From an uncultured Bacteroidales bacterium (lineage in GTDB: Bacteria; Bacteroidota; Bacteroidia; Bacteroidales; VadinHA17): a stretch of DNA of 64,000 nucleotides. Location of the stretch: positions 472,386 to 536,385 of the forward strand of contig CAVVBY010000033.1 in the NCBI GenBank assembly GCA_963746685.1, read 5' to 3'. The position numbers and the translations under genes are program-made. The notes under the pieces were generated by a model. It worked only from the letters and a program-made list of their open reading frames with translations. It was not told the origin of the DNA and did no database searches. Position 1 is the first letter of the stretch. The number at the start of each line of letters is the position of its first letter. Shown piece by piece: positions 33,942 through 44,805 of the stretch.

Positions 33942-34259
33942 ATGAAAAAAACTGAAAACCTGCAAGTTTTAAATATAGATTCAACATTATATAAAACCAG
34001 ACTTAGCCATAAGTTTATAAACAGAAAACCGTACAAGCCTTCCAGCCCGAAAATAATAATGAGCTTTATTCCCGGAACTGTCCTTGATATTCTTGTGAAA
34101 AAAGGTCAGAATGTAAAAAAAGGTGATGATCTTGTGATCCTTGATGCAATGAAAATGCAAAACAACATGAAAAGCAATATCGATGGCACAATTAAAAAGA
34201 TTCTGGTAAATAAGGGTGATAAAGTTTCTAAGGGGACTATTTTGCTTGTGCTAAAATAG
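33942..34259 (+). CDS. biotin carboxyl carrier (biotinyl domain) protein
   Basis: 105 aa with the biotinylation motif LDAMKMQN. Confidence 0.85.
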   Translation: MKKTENLQVLNIDSTLYKTRLSHKFINRKPYKPSSPKIIMSFIPGTVLDILVKKGQNVKKGDDLVILDAMKMQNNMKSNIDGTIKKILVNKGDKVSKGTILLVLK

Positions 34260-35079
34260 GCTGGAGAATACCCTCACAGATGACAAATTTCCTCAGATTA
34301 CGCGGAATTAAAGGTTTTTCATAAAAGATCCCATAGACAGTAGATCCGCTTCCCGACATTGAGCTGAAAATTGCTCCCGAACTGTATAAAGTCTGCTTTA
34401 TCGATCTTATTTGCGGGTAATTTATAAAAATTGTTTTTTCAAAATCATTTACTATCAGATCTTTCCATTCTGAAACCGGACTGTTAATAAGCTCTTTCAG
34501 GGATCTTTCCGGCTTTGACAGAGTGCAATTTTCATAAGCTTCCTTTGTACTGACTGATATTCCCGGATTTACAAGTACAATATAAAAACCGGCGAGGACA
34601 TCACCCACCGGTGAAAGGATGTCACCTTTTCCCGAGGCAAATGCAGGCTGACAATCGATGAAAAACGGACAGTCGCTTCCCAGGTTGGCTGCAATGATTT
34701 TCAGTTCATCGACACTTAGTGACAGACCGAACGTCCTGTTTATTGCTCTGAGCATGCATGCCGCATCTGATGATCCGCCACCAAGACCGGCACCTGCTGG
34801 TATGTTTTTATGAAGATGGATCCTCAGAAATGGAACGGGTAAGACTTCCCTTAACCTGCTGACTGCCCTGAGAACAATATTATCTTCCTTCCTGCCCGGT
34901 AATTCAAATCCGGTCAAGGTCAGTGTATCCCTTTCTGACCCTTTCGAATCTGCTACCATCTCCAGCGCATCGCACAGGGTGACAGGATAAAAGACAGTCT
35001 CAATGTCATGGTATCCGTCGGGTCGTTTACCTGATATCCTTAATCCCAGGTTGATTTTTGCTTTTGGAAAAACCAGCAT
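34237..35079 (-). CDS. ispE: 4-(cytidine 5'-diphospho)-2-C-methyl-D-erythritol kinase
   Basis: 280 aa with KINLGLRI and the GHMP motif PAGAGLGGGSSDAA. Its 3' end overlaps the convergent biotin-carrier gene by 23 nt. Confidence 0.9.
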   Translation of the reverse strand: MLVFPKAKINLGLRISGKRPDGYHDIETVFYPVTLCDALEMVADSKGSERDTLTLTGFELPGRKEDNIVLRAVSRLREVLPVPFLRIHLHKNIPAGAGLGGGSSDAACMLRAINRTFGLSLSVDELKIIAANLGSDCPFFIDCQPAFASGKGDILSPVGDVLAGFYIVLVNPGISVSTKEAYENCTLSKPERSLKELINSPVSEWKDLIVNDFEKTIFINYPQIRSIKQTLYSSGAIFSSMSGSGSTVYGIFYEKPLIPRNLRKFVICEGILQPILAQAK

Positions 35080-35219
35080 CTCAGGGTATTTGGTACAAAA
35101 ATACCATATGAATCGGATATTGGTACTGAAGAAGAATAATTTGGTTTTTCAACAAGTTTTTAACATAATAATGTTTGTAATAATAGAAACCATTCTTGAT
35201 TATTCAATATGGTTATTTT

Positions 35220-35227
35220 TACCTTTG
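35220..35227 (+). promoter_or_regulatory. Bacteroidota -7 box (TAnnTTTG)
   Basis: TACCTTTG, 63 nt upstream of the dnaB ATG. Confidence 0.4.
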
Positions 35228-35290
35228 GTCAACCCTGACTGAAAGTAATTTCCGTCTTGTAAATATCATTAAATCAGCACTATAATATAG

Positions 35291-36814
35291 ATGGCAAGAC
35301 AAAAACCGGGTGCAAGACCAATAATCACTCAATTACCAGATTTCGGAAAGGTACCACCCCAGGCGATCGATATGGAGGAGGCCGTTCTTGGAGCAATAAT
35401 GCTTGAAAAAGAAGCGGTGATCACAATCCTGGATATCCTTAAACCGGCCAGTTTCTACAAAGAGGCTCATCAGAAGATTTTCAAAGCTGTATCGGACCTT
35501 TCATTGAGAGAGTATCCTGTCGACCTGTATACAGTTACTGAAGAACTAAGAGCTCACAATGAACTTGAGAGTGTAGGCGGACCTGTTTACCTGACCCAGC
35601 TCACATCAAAAGTTGTATCTGCGGCCAACGTCGATTACCATGCAAGAATAGTGGCTCAGAAGTATATACAGCGTGAGTTGATCAGAGTCTCGACCGAGAT
35701 CCAGAACAAGTCGTTTGATGATTCAATTGATGTTACAGAGCTTCTCGACTTTTCAGAGAATGAGCTTTTCCAGATCGCTGAGGGAAATATAAAGAGGGAG
35801 GTTTCTCCGATCAATATGGTCATCAGAGAGGCCATAAAGGAGATTGAGGAAGCCGGCAAGAGAGAGGACGCTCTTGTTGGCATACCTTCAGGTTTTACAA
35901 AGCTTGACCGCCTTACTTCAGGCTGGCAGAAATCGGAACTGATAATTATCGCTGCCCGTCCGTCAATGGGTAAGACTGCCTTCGCCCTTTCAATGGCACG
36001 CAACATGGCTATTGATCATGGAAAGCGGGTTGCCATCTTCTCGTGTGAAATGTCATCAATCCAGCTTGTAAACAGGTTGATAATTGCCGAAACAGATATC
36101 CCTGGGGAGAAAATTAAGAACGGACGTCTCTCTGAAGAAGAGTGGAAACAACTTGATACCAGGATAAAGAAACTGGTTCAGGCACCGATCTTCATCGACG
36201 ATACTCCTGCAATTTCGATTTTTGAGCTCAGGGCAAAATGCCGGCGTCTTATGGCTCAGCACAAGCTAGATATTGTGATAGTTGACTATCTACAGCTGAT
36301 GTCAGGTCCTGAAAACGCCGGAAGCCGGGAGCAGGAAGTAAGCAATATTTCAAGATCACTTAAAAGTATTGCCAAGGAGCTCAATGTTCCGATACTTGCT
36401 CTCTCGCAGCTTAACCGGTCGGTTGAAATGAGAGGAGGTATGAAGAGACCCCTTCTTTCTGATCTCAGGGAGTCTGGCGCCATTGAGCAGGATGCCGATA
36501 TGGTTGTATTCATTCATCGCCAGGATAAATTCGGAATCCTCACTTTTGAGGATGGCAGTTCTACCAAAGGGATAGCAGAAATAATCCTGGCTAAAAACCG
36601 TAACGGTCCTGTTGATGATATCCGACTGAGGTTCCGTGAAGAGAGGGCTCAGTTCGTGGATATTGATGATTTTGATATAGACAGCAATCCAGAGATCAAA
36701 GAGGGCTCACAAAGCATAACTCTGGGTTCAAAAATGAACCATGACAAGCTGAGACAGATGGGGGATAAATTTGATCAGGAATCGGATCTGCTTAATGAAC
36801 CGCCTTTTGCTTAG
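35291..36814 (+). CDS. dnaB: replicative DNA helicase
   Basis: 507-aa intact ORF with PPQAIDMEEAVLGAIM, Walker A AARPSMGKTAF and LSQLNRSVE. Confidence 0.95.
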   Translation: MARQKPGARPIITQLPDFGKVPPQAIDMEEAVLGAIMLEKEAVITILDILKPASFYKEAHQKIFKAVSDLSLREYPVDLYTVTEELRAHNELESVGGPVYLTQLTSKVVSAANVDYHARIVAQKYIQRELIRVSTEIQNKSFDDSIDVTELLDFSENELFQIAEGNIKREVSPINMVIREAIKEIEEAGKREDALVGIPSGFTKLDRLTSGWQKSELIIIAARPSMGKTAFALSMARNMAIDHGKRVAIFSCEMSSIQLVNRLIIAETDIPGEKIKNGRLSEEEWKQLDTRIKKLVQAPIFIDDTPAISIFELRAKCRRLMAQHKLDIVIVDYLQLMSGPENAGSREQEVSNISRSLKSIAKELNVPILALSQLNRSVEMRGGMKRPLLSDLRESGAIEQDADMVVFIHRQDKFGILTFEDGSSTKGIAEIILAKNRNGPVDDIRLRFREERAQFVDIDDFDIDSNPEIKEGSQSITLGSKMNHDKLRQMGDKFDQESDLLNEPPFA

Positions 36815-39553
36815 TTCAGCCGCAAAGTAATTTTTACGCCAAAGCTTTTATATTTAAGATCATCGAATCCCACAAATACTCCAACTTCCCCAAGGAAGAA
36901 TATCTCACTGAGACTGTATCCTATTTCTGAATAATTTTTGTGGAACCGTGATCCGAGATATGAAAAGGAGAGGTTTTCACGGATCAGAGTGTTGCTTAAT
37001 CCGGGTAAAAGTTTCAGGAGCAGGTAAGGTGTTGTGTATTTCACATGAGCCTCTGCATAGAATTCAGGTGTACTTAATGAGTAGAAAGCAGGGAGCATAA
37101 AAGCATCATCATAATCATCAATCAGCAGTCTGATTGGCTGGGAATTAAAATGGAAGAAGTCAAAATATGATAAATTCCTGTTGTCGGCAAATCCTCCTGT
37201 TCCTACTCTCCACTTAAATTCGCTGAATGCTCCTGTTTCGCGCTTTTGCGAAATCTCGAGTCTGAACATGTCAAAATGCCGGTATTTATCTGATAATGAA
37301 GGAATCCTGTTTGCTCCATGCTTCCAAGTAAAGACAAAAATCGGCCAGTCAGAACCCTGAGGGACTTTGTTCCCACCGTAGACCCTGTATTTCTGGTATG
37401 GTGTAAATGTAACATTTGTTACAAATTCAATATGTTTCTGGTCAGTCAGAAAATTAATGATATTTGACACCTGGTCCAAGGTATTCATTTTCAGGCATGT
37501 TGTCAGTGTACTCCCTTTTGGTTTTAATTAATGAAAATGATGTATTGTTCTCGAGCACTTTCCTGTTTTCAAATCCGCCTTCTACCTTCAGTTTCAGCCC
37601 GTTAATAATTTCTGTTTCGTACCCAAGCGTAAAGTACCGGCTTTCATACAGTTTCATATAATTCTTTTCCATCAGCAGGGAAGCAAGACTGTTTATCAGC
37701 GGATTTATTCCTCCTCCGGTGCCGATGTCTTTGCTGGTCATCCCCGTCCGGATGCTAAATTGTTTTGGCTTCATTCCTCCAATGGAATAGTTGGCATTTA
37801 ACCTCCACATGATTTTCTCTCTGCTGAAGGCATAACGGAAGTCCGGATAAAACGCAAGGGATTTTTGGTCTTTGAGTCTTTTATTTATTCTGAAATCGAT
37901 TCCATAAACGAAGCCGTCGACAGTATTAAAGCTTAAATTATTCAGGTCGATCACTCCGCCGTTGGTGAAACTGAATCCTGTCGTGTCTGACCAGGTATGG
38001 CCCATCATGAGATGGTTCAGTGCTCTTCCAAGTCGACTTGATTTTTTTACTTTGTCTTTTGAAACAGTATCTGTAGCTGATTCCTGTATACCGGAAAGTT
38101 CAGCTTTAATACTGTCATTTTTTTCAATGCTGCGGAGTTCAATATCTGAAAGCGGGATCGGTCGTATTTCAGCCCAGTAAGTGCTGTCTTTTTTTCTTGC
38201 ATCCTTTTCAACAATTTGGGTTGTATTGTCTTTTATTTCAAGGCTTTTTGCAGCGCTGTCGCTCCTCGTATTTTTCGATTCTTTTTCCATCAGCCTTCCA
38301 AGCTTTACCATATCGCGGTTTGTCAGATCTTCTTTCTGAAGGATCCTGTTTATCTCCCTGTTTGTTTTTGTCGCTGACGTATCAGGAAGATACCTTCCTG
38401 CAAATCCGGTTGCCAGATCCTGGGGTTTCTGAAGCTTATCGTTGGGTTTTACATCAAGATATTTTACAGAGCTGACATATCCGACATCAGCCCTTATCCC
38501 AATGATCTTCAGATCGATGTCAAACTGGTGACTGACAGGCATCCAGATCTCTTCCTGGACCGGAATGTATAATTCCCTGACCCTGATTTTTCCAACAAGG
38601 TTTTCATTTGTCAGATCAACACTGTGGAGGCACCAGAGATCCTCAATTATAAAAATTGTTCCTGCAAAAAGCTGCTGGCTTTTGTGTTTTGGGATGACCT
38701 CAATTTTATTGATTGTATATTTTCCCTGAAATGTAGTCCCGATGTACTTAAAGTTATAGTAGCTGAAAGCCTGGGGTGAAAGAGGTGAGATAGCCATGTC
38801 AGCCAGGATGGGCTGATAAAAGCTTGCCTGGATATAATCCATTGGTGAAACTTCATTTCCCTGTTCCGGGAAGGTGCTGTTGAATGATATAACTCGTTGG
38901 ACATACTTGTCAGGTGCAGTGAATTCTATTTCATTAAATGATTCCAGGAAGAAAGAATCGCCTTCCTTCAGTACACGGGAATCTTTTTCAGGTTTCCCTC
39001 CGGCTGAAACTGTAACATTTTCACCCGACCGTCCCATCCGCATTGATCTCTCAATAAGTTTCGGGATCCTGTTTATGAGAAGGTTCCCCTTAAGGTAAAC
39101 CTCTGCTTTATAATAATTTATATAATTAAGATAGTAGGGAGCAAGTCCGATAACTTTCCTCATTATGGACAGTGCAGGATCTTCACCTGAAGGAGAGATT
39201 CTTACCTCGGGTATCTCATAGACCTGTTCAGGCAATGTAATATTCCTGACAAGAACTGTGTCGGAGATATTTATATTCTCAAATACCGGTTCGTACCCGA
39301 GGCTCTGGTAGATAACCATATAATTGCCTGGCAGGAGCCTAATTTCATAATCACCCTTTGTATTTGATGTTGTTCCCTGCTTTAGTTCCTGGATATAAAC
39401 TGTTGCATATTGCACCGGTTGTCCGGATTTATCGATTATTTTGCCTTTTAGCACCTGGGCATCAGCCAGCTGGCCAGAGAAAGAAATCAGCATGAAAAGC
39501 TGAATGCAAAGCTTGATCCTGTTTAAATATGGTACTGTGTCAGACCTGGTCAT
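36811..39553 (-). pseudogene. carboxypeptidase-regulatory-like domain + DUF5686 outer-membrane protein, frame change near 37470
   Basis: ORFs 37454-39553 and 36811-37488 are collinear. N-terminal CarbopepD_reg-like segment (KGKIIDKSGQPVQYATVYIQ), then a long beta-rich body. Confidence 0.7.
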
Positions 39554-40230
39554 GATCTTTTACCGGCAACTACTATTGCTATTTCCCCTTTTGGAGCATG
39601 TTTTTTATAATGATCAGAAAGAAATGATAAAGTGCCCCTGATATTTTCCTCAAAGACTTTAGTCAATTCCCTTGAAACACATGCTTCCCGTTCCGGACCA
39701 AAATAGGCACTCATGTCCTCAAGGGTTCTGGTAAGCCGGTAGGGCGATTCATAAAATATCATTGTTCTTTGTTCGTCCGATAAGCCTGAGAGTCTTTTAT
39801 TTCTTCCTTTTTTGGGAGGAAGGAATCCCTCAAAACAAAATCTGTCGCAGGGAAGACCCGAATTGACGAGTGCGGGTATAAGTGCTGAGGGGCCCGGAAG
39901 AGTCTCAACAGCAATTCCTTTTTCAAGGCATGTTCTTACAAGCAGGAATCCAGGATCGGATATTCCCGGGGTACCTGCATCCGAGATCAGGGCAACGGTA
40001 GTACCTGAAAGGATCTTTGAACATACTGCTTCCACACTTTTATGTTCATTGAACATATGGTGAGACTGGACCGGAGTTAAAATATTGTAGTGGTTTAGAA
40101 GCTTCCTGGCCTGCCTTGTATCCTCGGCAAGAATAAGATCAACACTTCCAAGGACTTCCACAGCCCTGAAGGTAATATCCCTGAGGTTTCCGATCGGTGT
40201 GGGAACCAGGAAAAGTTTACTCATGAGCAA
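39550..40230 (-). CDS. rsmI: 16S rRNA (cytidine1402-2'-O)-methyltransferase
   Basis: 226 aa with LFLVPTPIGNLRDIT, AEDTR and SDAGTPGISDPG. Confidence 0.9.
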   Translation of the reverse strand: MLMSKLFLVPTPIGNLRDITFRAVEVLGSVDLILAEDTRQARKLLNHYNILTPVQSHHMFNEHKSVEAVCSKILSGTTVALISDAGTPGISDPGFLLVRTCLEKGIAVETLPGPSALIPALVNSGLPCDRFCFEGFLPPKKGRNKRLSGLSDEQRTMIFYESPYRLTRTLEDMSAYFGPEREACVSRELTKVFEENIRGTLSFLSDHYKKHAPKGEIAIVVAGKRS

Positions 40231-40918
40231 GGAACTTACGTTTTATCAGATCAAGAAGCTGCTTAATAGCTTCATTTCCAGTATTTTCTCCAGTGTAGCT
40301 CATTATCACTGCCATGGCATCGGAAAGACTTCCGACAGACTCCAGTTTCTGGATCGCCTGATTATAAGATTGAGAGTCTCCGTCAAATATCTCCCTGATA
40401 AAAAGGAACTTATCATTGATTCCGATAGCTTCATCAAGACTCGACAGAGGTTTGGTTTTCAATATTTCCAGAACATCATCTTCATGCTTGAGGTTTCCAA
40501 GTTTTTCATTGAAGCTTTCAGGTCTGTTAACGAACTGGTCCGCAATTATTGCTGATTCGGCAGGTTTTTTAATAGTCTGGACTGGTTCTTCCTTTGCTAT
40601 TGGAGGTGCCTCACTAATCAACGTCATGACAACTTCCTTAACCTCTTTTTCAGGGACAACAATAACTTTATCAGGTTTCTCAGGGAGTTTTTCCTGAATT
40701 GTTTCATCTTTAACCGGAGGTTTTTCCTGCACCGGAGAATTAATTTTGGACTGCAGATTTTTGAACAGGGCAATAACCTCCGAAGCGCTTTTGCATTTCG
40801 ATTTTGCCAGTTCAACCTGGAATTCGGGAACACCGGGGTATTTTTTCAGGTCATCAATGATATCTCTTGCTTCATTGAGATCTTTTATAATAATATCAAT
40901 AGTTGAGTTTAAATCCAT
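40217..40918 (-). CDS. hypothetical protein (Pro/Glu/Lys-rich linker between two helical regions)
   Basis: 233-aa intact ORF, tightly packed between rsmI (14-nt overlap) and the divergent tdk promoter region. No recognisable motif. Confidence 0.5.
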   Translation of the reverse strand: MDLNSTIDIIIKDLNEARDIIDDLKKYPGVPEFQVELAKSKCKSASEVIALFKNLQSKINSPVQEKPPVKDETIQEKLPEKPDKVIVVPEKEVKEVVMTLISEAPPIAKEEPVQTIKKPAESAIIADQFVNRPESFNEKLGNLKHEDDVLEILKTKPLSSLDEAIGINDKFLFIREIFDGDSQSYNQAIQKLESVGSLSDAMAVIMSYTGENTGNEAIKQLLDLIKRKFLAHE

Positions 40919-41035
40919 GCCATCTGGTATATTAATAACAAACCATTTTCTTTATTTTGCAAAAGTAAGTATTATTACACAAGTCTTAACGGAATTAGGT
41001 TACATTTAGCGTTTGCATACGGACATTAATTGAGT

Positions 41036-41620
41036 ATGGATTTTCTTGAGAATTCGGGAAGAGTGAGTGGGAAACGTGGATCAATCGAGGTCATAACAGG
41101 ATCTATGTTTTCCGGAAAGACCGAAGAACTTATAAGAAGACTGCGCAGGGCTCAGTTTGCCGGTCTGAAAGTAGAGATCTTCAAACCTTCACTCGATAAA
41201 CGGTACTCTGAGGACAGAGTCGTTTCGCATGATGATAAATCGATTGTTTCGACACCTGTCGATAATGCATCATCAATTCTCCTTCTTGCAGGAGAGGTTG
41301 ACGTTGTGGGGATTGATGAGGCACAGTTTTTTGACAATTCTATAGTTGAGGTCTGCAATAACCTGGCCGACAATGGGGTAAGGGTTTTAGTTGCCGGTCT
41401 GGATATGGATTTTATGGGAAATCCCTTTGGCCCCATGCCTGCACTACTTTCAATATCCGAATACATTACTAAGGTTCATGCGATCTGTATGCGATGCGGA
41501 AGCCTGGCCCAATACTCATTTCGAAAATCAGAAGAGGAACAGGTAGTTCTTCTTGGTGAAAAGGACAAGTATGAGCCACTTTGCAGAAAATGTTACAATA
41601 AAGCAATAAAGAAAAGTTAA
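41036..41620 (+). CDS. tdk: thymidine kinase
   Basis: P-loop [11 protein letters not shown] and zinc-ribbon cysteines (CMRCG, CRKCY). ATG at 41036 is preferred over the upstream TTG at 41030. Confidence 0.92.
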   Translation: MDFLENSGRVSGKRGSIEVITGSMFSGKTEELIRRLRRAQFAGLKVEIFKPSLDKRYSEDRVVSHDDKSIVSTPVDNASSILLLAGEVDVVGIDEAQFFDNSIVEVCNNLADNGVRVLVAGLDMDFMGNPFGPMPALLSISEYITKVHAICMRCGSLAQYSFRKSEEEQVVLLGEKDKYEPLCRKCYNKAIKKS

Positions 41621-41621
41621 A

Positions 41622-44084
41622 GTGAATTTTACAGCTTCTGATATTGCCAGAATTACTGGCGGAACTCTTACCGGTCCTGGAGATATTATCGTGTCGGATC
41701 TGGTTACCGACAGCAGGCAGGTAAGCTTTACAGAAAATGCAGCCTTTATAGCGATCAGGGGAACGAATCATGATGGGCATAAGTTTATTGATACCCTTTT
41801 CAAGAGGGGATTGAGGGCTTTCATCGTTGAAAGACTTCCTGCGAAAATTGATTATTATCCTGATGTGGCCTTTATCGTAACCGAAAATACTATTGACGCT
41901 TTGCAGCTTCTTGCTGCTGAAAAAAGAACTTTTTTTAAGTCGACGGTTATAGCTGTCACCGGCAGTGCTGGAAAAACCATTGTCAAAGAGTGGCTTGCCG
42001 ATCTGCTGGGAAGGACCTCACCTGTGATCAGGAGTCCAAAAAGTTATAATTCTCAGATTGGAGTGCCTCTTTCAGTATGGAAACTGGATGACAAATTCAA
42101 ATTCGGGATTTTTGAAGCCGGTATCTCCTTTCCGGGCGAAATGGAAAAACTTCAGAGAGTTATCGATCCCGATATCGGGATCATTACCAATATAGGTGAT
42201 GCTCATAATGAGAATTTCCCCGATCATGAAACTAAAGCCAGAGAAAAGCTGAAATTGTTTTTAAATGCCTCAATTATAATATTTTGCAGGGATTATTCAC
42301 TGGTAAGTAAACTTATATTCAGTGATCAGAATCTAAGGGAGAAAAACCTGGTTGACTGGTCGTTCCAGAATCAGGATGCGAAAATATTCGTAAAAAAACG
42401 GCAGCTGGGCAATGGACATACAGGTCTTGAGATTAATTACAAGAATACTCTCAGCGATTTTGAGATCCCGTTCAGCGATCGTGCTTCAGTCGAAAATGCA
42501 ATTACTGCAGCATCTGCGTGCCTTGCAATTGGAATGAATCCGGCTGATATAAAGCATGGCCTTGCAGAACTTGTCTCAGTTGCCATGAGGATGGAGTTGA
42601 AGAGTGGCATTAACAATTGTCATCTCATTGAAGATTATTATAATTCTGATCCGGGTTCGCTGGGAATGGCACTGGAATATCTCAGATCACAAAACAACCG
42701 TAAAACGACTCTCATACTTTCCGATTTTATCCAGAGCGGACGTGAAGAAAAAGAACTTTACAGTGAAGTTGCGGATCTTGTAAGAAAGACCGGAATAGAT
42801 AAATTCATAGGTATAGGTAATGCACTGATGAGGAACAGTTCATCGTTTGACGATGAGGCCAGATTCTTCTATTCTACTGATGATTTCATTAACCACTTCA
42901 ACGGCAATGAGTACCTGAACGAGGTTATACTGCTAAAGGGTGCCAGGATATTTGAGCTTGAAAAGATCGGGAGACTCCTTGAGCAACAAGTCCATATTAC
43001 CGTACTCGAAATAAATCTGGATGCTATTTCTCATAATCTCAATGAGTTCAGGAAGTATCTCAATCCGGAGACACGCATTATGGCAATGGTAAAAGCTTTT
43101 GGTTACGGAGCAGGTGCTGCGGAAATAGCCGGGTTAATGGAATACCATCGGGTAAGCTATCTCGGAGTGGCTTACTCTGATGAAGGAGTTGAGCTCCGTA
43201 AAGCTGGTGTAACCATTCCGGTTATGGTTATGAATCCTGATATTGCATCAGCTGACGTTATCATACAAAATAATCTCGAACCGGAAATTTACAGCTTTTC
43301 ATCCCTGGAACGTTTTACCGAAGCCGCTTCAAAAAACGGACTTTATGATTACCCTGTTCATATAAAGATTGATACCGGGATGCATCGGCTTGGATTTATG
43401 CCGGATGAAATTGATCAGCTTGCTTCCAGGATAAAAGGGTTCTCATGCATCAGGATAATGTCGGTCTTTTCTCATCTGGCCAGCAGTGAAGATCCGGCAT
43501 TTGACAAATTTACACACCACCAGGTTGAGCTGTTCTCGGCAGCGGTCAGCAGAATAAAAGAGACCGTAGGATATTCTTTTATTCGTCACATTCTTAATAC
43601 TTCAGGAATAGTCCGGTTCCCGCAATATCAGTTTGACATGGTAAGACCCGGAATCGGAATATACGGTGCAGGATCATTTAAAGGGATTTCCCTCAGGCCA
43701 GCCAGCCGGTTCAAGACACGCATTTCGCAGGTGAAGAAGATTCCTGCCGGAGAACCTGTCGGATATGGTTGTGCAGATGTGTCGGATAATGAACGGATTA
43801 TAGCTATCCTTCCGGTAGGTTATGCTGACGGATTGGACAGGAGGCTTGGAAACAGAAAGGGGAACCTTTTTATCAAAGGAAAGAGAGCACCGCTGACAGG
43901 CAATATATGTATGGATACATGTATGGCTGATATAACGGGGATCAATGCCTCTGAAGGAGATGAGGCAGAAATATTCGGGCAGAATATTTCAATTAATGAA
44001 CTTGCCAGACAATGTGAAACAATACCTTATGAGATACTGACATCAGTTCCGCACAGGGTAAAAAGAGTCTTCTTCAGGGAATAG
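41622..44084 (+). CDS. bifunctional UDP-N-acetylmuramoyl-tripeptide--D-alanyl-D-alanine ligase / alanine racemase
   Basis: 820-aa intact ORF with a GTG start. The MurF half has TGSAGKT. The Alr half has the PLP-lysine block AMVKAFGYGAG and GYADG. Confidence 0.9.
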   Translation: MNFTASDIARITGGTLTGPGDIIVSDLVTDSRQVSFTENAAFIAIRGTNHDGHKFIDTLFKRGLRAFIVERLPAKIDYYPDVAFIVTENTIDALQLLAAEKRTFFKSTVIAVTGSAGKTIVKEWLADLLGRTSPVIRSPKSYNSQIGVPLSVWKLDDKFKFGIFEAGISFPGEMEKLQRVIDPDIGIITNIGDAHNENFPDHETKAREKLKLFLNASIIIFCRDYSLVSKLIFSDQNLREKNLVDWSFQNQDAKIFVKKRQLGNGHTGLEINYKNTLSDFEIPFSDRASVENAITAASACLAIGMNPADIKHGLAELVSVAMRMELKSGINNCHLIEDYYNSDPGSLGMALEYLRSQNNRKTTLILSDFIQSGREEKELYSEVADLVRKTGIDKFIGIGNALMRNSSSFDDEARFFYSTDDFINHFNGNEYLNEVILLKGARIFELEKIGRLLEQQVHITVLEINLDAISHNLNEFRKYLNPETRIMAMVKAFGYGAGAAEIAGLMEYHRVSYLGVAYSDEGVELRKAGVTIPVMVMNPDIASADVIIQNNLEPEIYSFSSLERFTEAASKNGLYDYPVHIKIDTGMHRLGFMPDEIDQLASRIKGFSCIRIMSVFSHLASSEDPAFDKFTHHQVELFSAAVSRIKETVGYSFIRHILNTSGIVRFPQYQFDMVRPGIGIYGAGSFKGISLRPASRFKTRISQVKKIPAGEPVGYGCADVSDNERIIAILPVGYADGLDRRLGNRKGNLFIKGKRAPLTGNICMDTCMADITGINASEGDEAEIFGQNISINELARQCETIPYEILTSVPHRVKRVFFRE

Positions 44085-44090
44085 ACCGGT

Positions 44091-44796
44091 TCATTGACCC
44101 GATTCGCTTATAGCTTCCAGCTTTGATAAATTAAGGATCATTATTTTTCTGCCCTCAATATCAAGTATCTTTTCAGAGACCAGTCCGGAGAGTGTCCGGA
44201 TTGCATTTGAAGTTGTCATACTTGAAAGATGAGCCAGATCTTCCCTTGAAAGAAGAACCCTGAGCGTCCTGCCATCTGCTTCCATTCCGTAGGTATCTCT
44301 GAGCAGAAGAATGGATTCAGCTATCCGTCCCCTTACATGTTTCTGAGTAAGGGATATCAATCTGTTATCTGAAGAGAGAAGGTCTTCCGAAATGATTTTC
44401 ATGAACTTGATTGCCAGTTCAGCATTCTGCTTAAGGATTTTCGACATGGTATGTTTTTCGAAGATAACCACAGCAGATTCTTCAATTGCAACCACGTCAA
44501 AGGGAAATGAATTATCTGAAAAGAGTGACCTGTAAGCCAGATAACTATGAGGCCGCAGCATTTTTATTATCTGTTCCCTGTTTCCTGCTCCAACCCTGAA
44601 TAATTTCGCTTTTCCCGAAACCAGACAGATCAGCCCTTTCGGTTTTGTGCCTCCGCTTATTATTGTTTCCCCTTTCCTGTAATTAACTGACCTGATGATG
44701 CTGATCAAGCACCTCCTTGTCGGCCTGGCTTAATCCCCTGAAGACTGAGGATGCTCCTTCGATGCAAATTTCTATATAAGGATCCTTATACTGCAT
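44091..44796 (-). pseudogene. Crp/Fnr-family transcriptional regulator, frame change near 44705
   Basis: N-terminal 37 codons start at ATG 44796 (MQYKDPYIEICIEG...LDQHHQVS), then ORF 44091-44708 (YRKGETII..., C-terminal HTH LSREDLAHLSSMTTSNAIRTLS). Confidence 0.8.
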
Positions 44797-44805
44797 GGCA
44801 AAAGA

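Noticed and set aside
32888-34036. Two long minus-strand ORFs (177 aa and 193 aa) antisense to the carboxyltransferase gene.
   Set aside because: They are fully contained in a strongly conserved plus-strand gene, their translations are low-complexity (Ser/Ile/Phe-rich), and they have no motifs. These are typical shadow ORFs.
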